In this document: piece after piece, positions 55,734-63,927 of the stretch
Position numbering within the stretch: position 1 is the first letter of the stretch
Layout: each line of letters starts with the position of its first letter
Assembly (NCBI GenBank): GCA_949292375.1
Contig: CASEZG010000003.1
Location: 5,510-69,509 of the forward strand
Source of the DNA: an uncultured Pseudomonadota bacterium
GTDB taxonomy: Bacteria > Pseudomonadota > Alphaproteobacteria > RF32 > CAG-239
DNA length: 64,000 bases
Reading direction: 5' to 3'
The notes under the pieces: model-generated
Told to the model about the DNA's origin: nothing
The model's database searches: none
The model's input: the letters and a program-made list of their open reading frames with translations, nothing else
Program-made: the position numbers and the translations under genes

Positions 55734-56342
55734 TTAAGGGATAGTTTCAAGAAGATTGTCAACAGCTTCTGTCGGCCTTGAGTTATTTTTGTATTCATAC
55801 AAAGAAAAAATCTCATCGTCGCAAAAATGCTTTACGGCCAAGTGAACAATATCTCCCTTTTGTGTCGCCACCAATGGATTGATAAATTCATCCAAAGCGC
55901 GAAGTGCAACAAAACTTTTGTCAGTTCCTTTAATCAAGCAAAAATAAAAATTTTGCGGAATATAGCTTCCGTTCCAAATCTCAAAAGGCATATGTATAAG
56001 GAAGATTTCTTCAACCGCATAATCATAAGTTGCTAGATTTTTGCCCAAGTTGACATTTTTCCATTTAACGGAAAGATTTTGACATTTTTCAACTCCCAGA
56101 ACGCGAGATCTTGGATATACGCTGAAAAGCGTTATAAGCATTTTATCGCCTTTTTGGGCTAACAGAAAATAAGGCAAATCGTTAATCTTTACGGCGCATC
56201 TAAATGTCTTGTTATCCGAGGTCAAGATGTCACAGCTAAAAGGAAATTCATAGTTACCGCAATATTCGCAATGAATATTTTCAACACAAAACTGCAAATA
56301 ATATACCTTTTCGCTTTTGCTAAAAGAATAAATAGTTTTCAT
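55734..56342 (-). CDS. Hypothetical protein (202 aa) with apparent internal duplication
   Basis: Two ~85-aa halves share SDNKTF/GTDKSF and AQKGDKMLITL/TQKGDIVHLAV. It is Cys-rich, with no TM and a weak Shine-Dalgarno. Confidence 0.5.
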   Translation of the reverse strand: MKTIYSFSKSEKVYYLQFCVENIHCEYCGNYEFPFSCDILTSDNKTFRCAVKINDLPYFLLAQKGDKMLITLFSVYPRSRVLGVEKCQNLSVKWKNVNLGKNLATYDYAVEEIFLIHMPFEIWNGSYIPQNFYFCLIKGTDKSFVALRALDEFINPLVATQKGDIVHLAVKHFCDDEIFSLYEYKNNSRPTEAVDNLLETIP

Positions 56343-56432
56343 AAGCGTGAAAATTTAAAATATTAATAATAGAATTTTTTAATGCTTATTTTGTATGTTA
56401 TAAAATACTTTTTGTCAAATTTAATTTATTTA

Positions 56433-56466
56433 GAAAAAAGCTCTGAAAGACTAAGCTTTCAGAGCC
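56433..56466 (-). terminator. Rho-independent terminator after the 192-aa membrane protein gene
   Basis: GCTCTGAAAG/CTTTCAGAGC 10-bp stem followed by T6 on the - strand. Confidence 0.8.
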
Positions 56467-56480
56467 ATAAGTTCCAAACA

Positions 56481-57059
56481 TTAAGATAGGTAATATATAT
56501 AGTAACCAAGGCCGAGGTAAAAACCAAAGACATATTCGCCCCAGTTCCATCCCTCTTTGCCTAAAGCATAATAATTTTCCAGTTTAGAGCCGAGCCAATA
56601 GCACGGCCCCATTCCCAGCCCCCAAAACATAAAACCCACGGACTGTGAGGCAAGTCCCATCAAAAAAGTCAAGATGAACCCCGTCAAACATGTTCCGACA
56701 AAGCCGAATATTTTGGGATATTCACTCAGGTAGACCACATTCCCTTTAATGGAAATGTGTAGCGGCAAGAGCAAATCATCAATCAATTCGCATTCCTTAT
56801 CAACATTTGGGTCAACTTCTTTGCCGTTATAAATGCGTGAGACATAAACACCCCAGCCATAAAGCTGATAACCGGCATAAGCTGCGATAAATGCAGTTAA
56901 GGCCAAATTAAAAGAAAAGCCTTCCGCCAAGCAGATAATAATACTGAAGAAGATCGCGTACCAGATTTTGTTAAACGGCAATTTTTTGTCGCCGAAACGT
57001 AACCCGCCACGGACTCTCCACAGAAAGGAAGAGACAAATGTCACTAATACAATATACAT
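56481..57059 (-). CDS. Hypothetical polytopic membrane protein (192 aa)
   Basis: About 5-6 hydrophobic helices, Trp/Tyr/Gly-rich, with N-terminal WRVRGG. A TTGACA-N17-TATCTA promoter-like site lies upstream on the - strand. Confidence 0.6.
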   Translation of the reverse strand: MYIVLVTFVSSFLWRVRGGLRFGDKKLPFNKIWYAIFFSIIICLAEGFSFNLALTAFIAAYAGYQLYGWGVYVSRIYNGKEVDPNVDKECELIDDLLLPLHISIKGNVVYLSEYPKIFGFVGTCLTGFILTFLMGLASQSVGFMFWGLGMGPCYWLGSKLENYYALGKEGWNWGEYVFGFYLGLGYYIYYLS

Positions 57060-57255
57060 TCAAGATGTCCTTTTTTTTTACAATTAAAGACAGAATTGTA
57101 GATAGCATATAAAATTTAAGTTGTCAAGGATAAAATTCCTATTTTAGGATAAAAAGCCTTGACAAAAGTATTTTTTGGGTGTAAAGGTAAAATATCACAT
57201 AGCATAACTGTAACCTCAAAGCGATGGATTTTCCCGTCGTTTTTTTTGTGCAACA

Positions 57256-57287
57256 AGGCAGACAATAAAAAAGTCTGCCGTTTTTTT
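57256..57287 (+). terminator. Orphan intrinsic terminator/attenuator abutting the Shine-Dalgarno of the next gene
   Basis: GGCAGAC-aataaaaaa-GTCTGCC stem, then G and T7, ending 1 nt before AGGAG. No credible + strand ORF lies upstream. Confidence 0.65.
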
Positions 57288-57297
57288 AGGAGCAACA

Positions 57298-57504
57298 ATG
57301 CAAAAAACAATTTTTATTTTAGCTTCAACCGCTTTTGTTTGTTTTCTTTCTTACAAATTAGGGCAGGGGCGTTGTCAGGTAGAAACATTAATCAAAGAAA
57401 AGGAGGTCATCCGATATGTTGAAAAGCAAAAATCAGATATTTACTCTCGTCCGAATGTTGGCCGTGCTGAGTTGCTTGAGCTCATGCGCAACAACAAATT
57501 ATAA
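57298..57504 (+). CDS. Small single-TM protein (68 aa), i-spanin-like position
   Basis: AGGAG Shine-Dalgarno. N-terminal TM IFILASTAFVCFLSY, then a charged helical segment. Confidence 0.6.
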   Translation: MQKTIFILASTAFVCFLSYKLGQGRCQVETLIKEKEVIRYVEKQKSDIYSRPNVGRAELLELMRNNKL

Positions 57505-57652
57505 TCTCTGTCCACAATATCCCATAGCCGGAGAGAAAGTTGCAACTGAGCTAGAGAAGCTTCCCGCACAAGACATGGAAGCAACTTGGGAGTGGTTGGG
57601 AAGAATCAATAAGTTGCGTCAAGAGCTGGAAATTTGTCATAACGCTTTCTGA
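57416..57652 (+). CDS. Small lipoprotein (78 aa) overlapping the previous gene out of frame, o-spanin-like
   Basis: AAGGAGG Shine-Dalgarno and lipobox LSSC. It starts 89 nt inside the preceding gene in the +1 frame. The mature part has paired Cys (LCPQYP .. LEIC). Confidence 0.6.
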   Translation: MLKSKNQIFTLVRMLAVLSCLSSCATTNYNLCPQYPIAGEKVATELEKLPAQDMEATWEWLGRINKLRQELEICHNAF

Positions 57653-57709
57653 TTGAAAAAGTAAGGATAATGATTATTTGTATGGCAGAAAGCTGAAAAG
57701 GAGGAAAAT

Positions 57710-58120
57710 ATGAAAAGATTATTTTTTGTATGTAGCGCAATTTTATTTTTGCAAGCTTGCGCAACAGAAGCCAAATATGATAAAAAATTGCAATCAATGG
57801 TAGGCAAGTCAGAAGCTCAGTTAATATCAGAATGGGGTGCTCCGAGTGCGGCAAAAATTTTGAATAATGGTGAGCAGGTTATAACCTATACGCAAGCCAA
57901 TGATATGTATGTTCCGTCAGAATATTATATCTATAATACGACGGGAGCAGCGCCGAGTGAAACTGTATTATATTCGCCTTTTATGGATGACTACAATTTT
58001 GGCCCCTACAGTGAGACTTTCGGTTATGAAGTTGAAGAAGTATGCCAAACAGCATTTTATATCAAAGATGGTATTGTCAGCGGCTGGAAGTGGAAGGGCA
58101 ATAACTGCGTTTCAAACTAG
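57710..58120 (+). CDS. Hypothetical lipoprotein (136 aa)
   Basis: GGAGGA Shine-Dalgarno and lipobox LQAC. MVGKSEAQLISEWGAPS resembles SmpA/BamE-like lipoprotein motifs (weak). Confidence 0.65.
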   Translation: MKRLFFVCSAILFLQACATEAKYDKKLQSMVGKSEAQLISEWGAPSAAKILNNGEQVITYTQANDMYVPSEYYIYNTTGAAPSETVLYSPFMDDYNFGPYSETFGYEVEEVCQTAFYIKDGIVSGWKWKGNNCVSN

Positions 58121-58139
58121 TTTTTTAAGGTAAAAAGGT

Positions 58140-58175
58140 AAGCAGTCAAGGAGTCGTACTTGGCTGCTTTTTTTA
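58140..58175 (+). terminator. Rho-independent terminator
   Basis: AGCAGTCAAG..CTTGGCTGCT stem followed by T7. Confidence 0.8.
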
Positions 58176-58327
58176 TGAGTTAAAATATCATTAAAAGTTA
58201 GAAAAATAAAAAAATTAAAGATAAGTTCAAATCAATTTTCCGTAACTAATTTTTAACTTAAATATGTTGCAATTTTTTCATACCGAGCGCAAAAGCCGGA
58301 GTCACAAATTAACATCAAGGAAAAACA

Positions 58328-58651
58328 ATGGGCTTATTTTTAGACTTAACCAATAAGATTAAAAACTCTGGTTTTCTGATTCTTTGCGTATTGCTGTTTT
58401 TTTATTTCAGCTTTTATACCATCAATGGCGAACGCGGTTTGCTTAAATATATGTATCTGAGCAAAGAGATAGCTTATGCTAAAGATATAGCCGCTCGTTA
58501 TAGTGCAGAGAAGCAAAAGCTGGAAGAAAAAGTTCGTCTGCTTTCATCATCCAGTCTGGATTTAGATATGCTGGATGAACGCGCCCGTGTCGTTCTAAAC
58601 TTTGCCGGAGATGATGAGTTTATCATTTTAGACGATATCAATGGCAAATAG
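58328..58651 (+). CDS. ftsB: Septum formation initiator FtsB/DivIC family protein
   Basis: 107 aa with N-terminal TM, coiled coil, and ..ERARVVLNFAGDDEFII typical of the family. Confidence 0.8.
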   Translation: MGLFLDLTNKIKNSGFLILCVLLFFYFSFYTINGERGLLKYMYLSKEIAYAKDIAARYSAEKQKLEEKVRLLSSSSLDLDMLDERARVVLNFAGDDEFIILDDINGK

Positions 58652-58805
58652 CTGAGTAAAATTGCTGTATTTTCAATTGACTAGTGTCACGGTTGGGATA
58701 ACTGGATAAAAAAAGCTGTATTTTTAAATTTTTATTTGCTATACAATATCTTGCAAAATTAGTTAACCAACAATTAATGTCTCGGCATGCCGAGCAGGAA
58801 CTTAT

Positions 58806-60032
58806 ATGAATATAGGAAACGACAGCACACCGCCGCCCATGCAATATACGGAAAAGAAACCGTTATTCTCGGAAAAAGAAATTATTTTCCGAGGTTCCGG
58901 CTGTGCCAAAGTGTGGAAAATTTCCTCTCGAGCGCAGGTTATAGTTTTTGCCGCATTACTATTAGTCGGTTCTTGGTGTTTTTATTCATACTATTTGTAC
59001 AACAAATCCGGTCATATCATTTCATATAAAGAACAGGAACTTGATGCTACGCGAGATGCTTATGTTGAGCTGATGACAGATTTTGTTACCCTACATAAAA
59101 ATATCGGCGCGATGATAAGTTCTATAGATGACGGAAAAAATAAAAACAATAAAAAGTTTGACCAATACAAACGCCAAGCGCAATTAGTTGAAGACAAGAT
59201 AAAACAAATTACCGATGAGAAAGACTGGCTGAGTTCGGAAACAATTTCAGAGCGAGCATCGTTAAGCGAAGCCTTGTTGCAAAGAGACATCATCGCCTCA
59301 GAAAGAGATGCTCTAAAAGAACAAATAGATGAGTTGGAAGAAACCATCAAAGACATCAAAAAAGCCGAAATGGAGGTTTTGGAGCGTATAGACGGCATCG
59401 CCGATAAGGAAATGGGCAAAATAAAATCTGCAATAAATTCTATAAATCAGGCTTTAAAAAGTAAGGGTTTATATTTTAATGCTTTAGCCAATTCAAAACG
59501 CAAGAACAACAGCGGCGGTCCCTATATTCCGGATCGCCGTAATTTAGTCAAAGACAAGAAACTTGACGATAAAATTTCCGCTATTTTCAAAAATTATGAT
59601 GATTTAGAGTATTACAAAGAAGTCGTACAATATATACCGTTAGGTAAGCCGGTATGGAGTTATTGGGTAACTTCGCAATACGGTTCACGTTCAGATCCAT
59701 TCAATGGCAAACGAGCTCGACACAAAGGAATGGACTTAGCCAGCCGCACCGGAAATAAAATTAATGTCAAAGCCAAGGGAAAAGTAATTCGCGCGGAATT
59801 TGCCGGCGGCTACGGAAACCTTGTAGTTGTAGACCATGGCAACGGTTTCCAGACAAAATATGCACATATGCATAAAATCTATGTTAAAAAAGGACAATAT
59901 GTGGAGTATAATGACACATTAGGAGAGGTTGGCAGCACAGGACGTTCAACCGGCCCTCATTTGCATTACGAAGTTTTGTATATGGGAAAAAATGTTGATC
60001 CGATGCCGTTCTTGAAAGCTAAAATATCTTAA
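58806..60032 (+). CDS. M23-family peptidoglycan endopeptidase with coiled-coil N-terminal domain
   Basis: TM, a long coiled coil, and LytM motifs HKGMDLA and GSTGRSTGPHLHYEV. Confidence 0.9.
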   Translation: MNIGNDSTPPPMQYTEKKPLFSEKEIIFRGSGCAKVWKISSRAQVIVFAALLLVGSWCFYSYYLYNKSGHIISYKEQELDATRDAYVELMTDFVTLHKNIGAMISSIDDGKNKNNKKFDQYKRQAQLVEDKIKQITDEKDWLSSETISERASLSEALLQRDIIASERDALKEQIDELEETIKDIKKAEMEVLERIDGIADKEMGKIKSAINSINQALKSKGLYFNALANSKRKNNSGGPYIPDRRNLVKDKKLDDKISAIFKNYDDLEYYKEVVQYIPLGKPVWSYWVTSQYGSRSDPFNGKRARHKGMDLASRTGNKINVKAKGKVIRAEFAGGYGNLVVVDHGNGFQTKYAHMHKIYVKKGQYVEYNDTLGEVGSTGRSTGPHLHYEVLYMGKNVDPMPFLKAKIS

Positions 60033-60035
60033 GGG

Positions 60036-60512
60036 ATGAAAACAATGTTTAAAAAATTAAAACGAATTGCTTATTTGAAATTTGCTCGCAAATTGAATAA
60101 TGCGCCTTCAGTTCCCGTACCTAGCATAATTAGCGAAAACACCAAAGTAACAGGGGATATTATCAGCACAGGCATAGTTCATATAGATGGACGCGTAGAA
60201 GGAGATATTTCTTGCGAGGAGTTAGTAATTGGCCTTAAGGGAATGGTTATAGGTTCGGTTAATGCCAATAACTTACATTTATATGGACAGTTGCAAGGCA
60301 AGGCAGTTGTTGACAAACTCTTTGTTGCCAAGACAGCGAAGTTATTGGGAGATGCAACCCATAACCAGATAGCAATAGAACCTGGAGCTTATATTGACGG
60401 ACATTGTATCCGAGCAGGAGCACCGATTCCGGCAGAACAAGCAAAGCCGGATTTAATGATAACGGATGCTCATGAAAAACCATCAAAGAAAGCTGCTAAT
60501 GCTAATAATTAA
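60036..60512 (+). CDS. Bactofilin (polymer-forming cytoskeletal protein)
   Basis: DUF583 beta-helix repeats (KVTGDIISTGIVHIDGRVEGDISCEELVIGLKGMVIGSV..). It starts 4 nt after the M23 gene. Confidence 0.9.
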   Translation: MKTMFKKLKRIAYLKFARKLNNAPSVPVPSIISENTKVTGDIISTGIVHIDGRVEGDISCEELVIGLKGMVIGSVNANNLHLYGQLQGKAVVDKLFVAKTAKLLGDATHNQIAIEPGAYIDGHCIRAGAPIPAEQAKPDLMITDAHEKPSKKAANANN

Positions 60513-60514
60513 TT

Positions 60515-60542
60515 AAAAGCCCTCAGAAATGAGGGCTTTTTT
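60515..60542. terminator. Terminator after the bactofilin gene (potentially bidirectional)
   Basis: AAGCCCTCA-gaaa-TGAGGGCTT stem followed by T6. TTTTAATT follows on the other strand. Confidence 0.85.
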
Positions 60543-60753
60543 CGTCCTTCCGTCATCTTCCGAAGAATCCATCAAGATACAAGGCACAAACTCACGATAT
60601 GCACGTTGGAAGCAACGCGGTTCAACAAAGGTCCTCAAAGCAGCCATTGATGCGGTCAAGCTGGCAACAGCTTGCGCTCAAGGGCGGCCCCTTGTCATTT
60701 TCCTTGATTATATTTTCAAATTATGTATAACAAAAGGAAAATGAGGAAAGAAA

Positions 60754-61242
60754 ATGGCCAAGAAAGTATCAAAATCTGATTTTATTTCTACCGGTTTGGT
60801 TGCGCAAAACCGCCGTGCAAATTTTGATTATCAGATAGACAAGGTTTATATTGCGGGATTGGAGTTGACTGGAACGGAGGTCAAGTCTTTGCGCCTTGGT
60901 CATGCCAATATTAATGATGCTTACGGCATTGAAAAAAACGGCGAGCTTTTCATCTCTAATATGTTTATTGCCGAATATGCCAACAAAGGCTATGAGAGCC
61001 ACGCTGAAAAACGTGACCGTAAGTTGCTGTTGCTGCATAAAGAGATTTGCGAAATTATCTCGGAACTTTCGCGTAAGGGTTCAACGCTTGTAGCAATGAA
61101 GTTGTTTTTCAACGACAAGGGAAGAGCCAAGTTAGAAGTTGGGCTCGGCCGTGGTAAAAAGAACTATGATAAGAGAGAAACCATAAAAGACCGCGATTGG
61201 AGCAGAGATAAAAAGCGCATTTTGATTAATGCCAATCACTAG
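60754..61242 (+). CDS. smpB: SsrA-binding protein SmpB
   Basis: 162 aa. IAQNRRANFDYQI.., GTEVKSLR and a basic C-terminal tail. Confidence 0.96.
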   Translation: MAKKVSKSDFISTGLVAQNRRANFDYQIDKVYIAGLELTGTEVKSLRLGHANINDAYGIEKNGELFISNMFIAEYANKGYESHAEKRDRKLLLLHKEICEIISELSRKGSTLVAMKLFFNDKGRAKLEVGLGRGKKNYDKRETIKDRDWSRDKKRILINANH

Positions 61243-61700
61243 GCTTTAAGCCGCTTTTGCCGGAAGAATTTTTTTAAGATTTCCCCGCATTCTTTTTCCA
61301 TAATTCCGCCAACGACTTTTGGCTTGTGGTGGCAGGTTGATGCATCATAAAAACGCACGCCGTTTGCAACCGCACCGCCCTTAGTGTCATAGGCACCGAA
61401 GTAAAGCGTTTTAATTCGTGCCATAGAGATGGCCGCTGCGCACATTGTGCAGGGCTCAAGCGTTACATATAAATCCATATCTCTGAGCCGATTAATGCCC
61501 AAATTTTCGCAAGCACGTCGAATAGCCAAAACCTCGGCATGGGCGGTGGCATCGCTGCCATGTTCGCTTAAGTTATAAGCCTCGCTGACAATCTCTCCCG
61601 TATCGGGATTAACCACAATCGCCCCGATTGGCACTTCATCTGCAGCATAAGCCTGTTGTGCCAAAGTCAGACAATATTGCATATATTCTTGCGGGGTCAT
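61239..61700 (-). CDS. tadA: tRNA-specific adenosine deaminase TadA
   Basis: HAEVLAIR and PCTMCAAAI zinc-binding motifs. Start placed at MTPQEYMQ (the longest ORF reaches 61745). Confidence 0.92.
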   Translation of the reverse strand: MTPQEYMQYCLTLAQQAYAADEVPIGAIVVNPDTGEIVSEAYNLSEHGSDATAHAEVLAIRRACENLGINRLRDMDLYVTLEPCTMCAAAISMARIKTLYFGAYDTKGGAVANGVRFYDASTCHHKPKVVGGIMEKECGEILKKFFRQKRLKA

Positions 61701-61770
61701 ATTTCCTCTTTGCATTTTTAATTTAATCCGTTTATATAATAACAAAGGTTTCAGATAAGGAAAGACAAAA

Positions 61771-62493
61771 ATGAGCGAAAGACTGGCAAAATTTATGGCG
61801 CGTTCAGGCGTATGCTCGCGCCGTCAGGCAGAAGAATATATTAAGCAAAAACGCGTTAGCGTCAACGGCGAGATAGTCGATTCTCCGGCTTTTAATGTTG
61901 AGGGAAGTGAGAAAATTTTGTTTGATGGCGAAAAACTCCCCGCCATAGAGACCACAAGGCTTTGGCTTTATTACAAACCGGTAGGTTTGGTAACCACACA
62001 TAAAGATAATCAAAACCGCCCAACGGTTTTTGACAGCCTTCCTCCATTTATGCCGAGGGTTATTTCGGTTGGCCGATTGGACCTAAACTCAGAAGGTTTG
62101 TTGTTACTGACCAATAATGGCGAACTCTCATGCAAACTCGAACTTCCCGAAAATGGTTGGAGCCGTCGCTACAAAGTCAAAGTCCACGGCTTTGTTGATG
62201 CTAAAAAACTGGCTTCTTTGGAAAAAGGAGCTACGGTTGACGGTATAAATTATGGTCCCGTTAAAGCCGAGATTGAAACTCAAAAGGGTACCAATGCTTG
62301 GCTGATAATAACCTTGAGTGAAGGAAAAAATCGAGAGATTCGCAAATTGATGAAATCTATAGGTTTAGACGTTGCACGTTTGATTCGTTTATCTTACGGC
62401 CCATTCCAATTAGGAGCCCTCAAAAAAGGCGAGGTCAGGGAAGTTCCGGCCAAAGTTTTGCAGGAACAACTGGGGAGCAAGTTCAAGTTATGA
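61771..62493 (+). CDS. RsuA/RluB-family pseudouridine synthase
   Basis: N-terminal S4 domain (RLAKFMARSGVCSRRQAE) and catalytic GRLDLNSEGLLLLTN. Confidence 0.92.
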   Translation: MSERLAKFMARSGVCSRRQAEEYIKQKRVSVNGEIVDSPAFNVEGSEKILFDGEKLPAIETTRLWLYYKPVGLVTTHKDNQNRPTVFDSLPPFMPRVISVGRLDLNSEGLLLLTNNGELSCKLELPENGWSRRYKVKVHGFVDAKKLASLEKGATVDGINYGPVKAEIETQKGTNAWLIITLSEGKNREIRKLMKSIGLDVARLIRLSYGPFQLGALKKGEVREVPAKVLQEQLGSKFKL

Positions 62494-63038
62494 GAATAAT
62501 CGGCGGCACATATCGCGGCAAAAAGTTATATTCTCCGCAAAACGAAGGTGTTCGCCCAACGGCAGACCGCGCGCGCGAAGCTGTTTTTAATATCCTAAAT
62601 TCCAAGCTTGACAATGATTGGTCTGAATATGATGTCTTGGATGTCTTTACCGGCACGGGCGCACTCGGGCTGGAAGCCTTGTCGCGAGGCGCAAAAACAG
62701 TATCTTTGCTGGACATAAATCTACAAACCGCCAAGCGCAATGCCGAATTGTTTCCCAAAGAAAAAGAAAGGATAAAACTTATTTTGGCGGATGCCGCAAA
62801 ATTACCCTCCACGCAAAAAACATATAATCTGGTTTTTATGGATGCGCCATATAACAAAGGTCTGAGTGCCGCGGCCTTAAAGTCTCTGTCCGAAAGAGGT
62901 TGGCTTGCGCCGAATGCAATGATTTTGGTCGAGCTGGAAAAAGATGAGCAATTGGAGAACATACCTTGTTTTGAACAGGTCGATGAACGTCGCTATGGCT
63001 TAGCCAGAGTAATTTTCTTCCGATTCCGGATAAAATAA
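62490..63038 (+). CDS. rsmD: 16S rRNA (guanine966-N2)-methyltransferase RsmD
   Basis: MRIIGG..RPTADRAREAVFN, DVFTGTGALGLEALSRGA and DAPY motifs. ATGA overlap with the previous gene. Confidence 0.92.
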   Translation: MRIIGGTYRGKKLYSPQNEGVRPTADRAREAVFNILNSKLDNDWSEYDVLDVFTGTGALGLEALSRGAKTVSLLDINLQTAKRNAELFPKEKERIKLILADAAKLPSTQKTYNLVFMDAPYNKGLSAAALKSLSERGWLAPNAMILVELEKDEQLENIPCFEQVDERRYGLARVIFFRFRIK

Positions 63039-63105
63039 ATTGCATTAAAAATATTGTCATCTTTTTCGGTTGTGCTATTATCCCACTCCGAAAAGGAGAA
63101 AATAA

Positions 63106-63927
63106 ATGCCGCAGGAAAAATCAACAGACTTGCAAAAACAAATTGATGAGATTGACCTCAAACTCTACAACCTTCTTATTCATAGAACAGAGTTGGTTGA
63201 ACGCCAGTTGGACAACACCATCGAAAACTCTTTGGGCAAAGAGGCTGCCGCAATCAAGAATCTGTTGAAACTTCATCGCGGAAATTTTCCTCGCTATGTG
63301 ATTGCCAAAATCTGGCGCGAGATTTTGAGTGCCAGTGCATGCCTGAAGGAAAAACCAAAACTCTCCGTTTTTGAAACCGATTCTTGTACAGGATTGATTA
63401 ACATTGTTCAGGAGCACTTAGGAAGCTATGCCGAATATGTAACGAGAGGTTCTTTCGGGCAGGTTATGAATGTTGTAACCAACCACGAAGCTCAGTTCGG
63501 TATTATCCCTTGCGACAACCACGAGATGAACTTAAAACCATGGTGGAGCGGTTTTTCTTCTACGGCTGATGGTTTGAAGATTATCGCAAAATTGCCGTTT
63601 TTAAGAAGAAAAGAAAATCCGATTAAAGAGCAGGATATTTATGTTGTTGCTCAGGTTCATCCGACTCAAAGCGGTGATGATATCAGCTTGCTAGGCATTG
63701 AAGTAAACAACGATGTCAGTGTTTCAACTATTATTGAAACCTTAGAAAATTCAGGGCTTTCTCATGCGAAAATTCGCTTATCCGCAAAAGTCGATGATGA
63801 AAACAAGTCTTACTTGGTCGAAGTAGATGGGTTTTTAAAACCCAATGATGAGAAACTGAATCCTGCGCGCAAAACTTTTAACAATATCAATATTGTCGGT
63901 TCTTATGCACGTTCTATAGAGCTTTAA
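63106..63927 (+). CDS. Chorismate mutase-domain protein with PheA-like (PDT/ACT-like, degenerate) C-terminal part
   Basis: N-terminal CM_2-like helix (IDEIDLKLYNLLIHRTELV). The remainder follows prephenate-dehydratase/ACT topology but I do not see the TRF/ESRP motifs. Confidence 0.45.
   Translation: MPQEKSTDLQKQIDEIDLKLYNLLIHRTELVERQLDNTIENSLGKEAAAIKNLLKLHRGNFPRYVIAKIWREILSASACLKEKPKLSVFETDSCTGLINIVQEHLGSYAEYVTRGSFGQVMNVVTNHEAQFGIIPCDNHEMNLKPWWSGFSSTADGLKIIAKLPFLRRKENPIKEQDIYVVAQVHPTQSGDDISLLGIEVNNDVSVSTIIETLENSGLSHAKIRLSAKVDDENKSYLVEVDGFLKPNDEKLNPARKTFNNINIVGSYARSIEL

Noticed and set aside
57159-57422. 87-aa + strand ORF upstream of the small TM protein gene.
   Set aside because: It reads straight through an intrinsic terminator and the next gene's Shine-Dalgarno and start. 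It has no Shine-Dalgarno of its own and its sequence is low-complexity.
60529-60744. 71-aa + strand ORF, and a ~50-aa - strand ORF (60647 downward), upstream of smpB.
   Set aside because: Both start or end inside terminator hairpins and lack a Shine-Dalgarno. The region is better explained as structured non-coding RNA or leader (see finding).
60543-60753. Possibility that the smpB-adjacent structured region is tmRNA (ssrA).
   Set aside because: In either strand I found no tRNA-like acceptor/T-arm with a CCA end, no alanine-tag reading frame (..A-A stop), and no two-piece alpha-type features.
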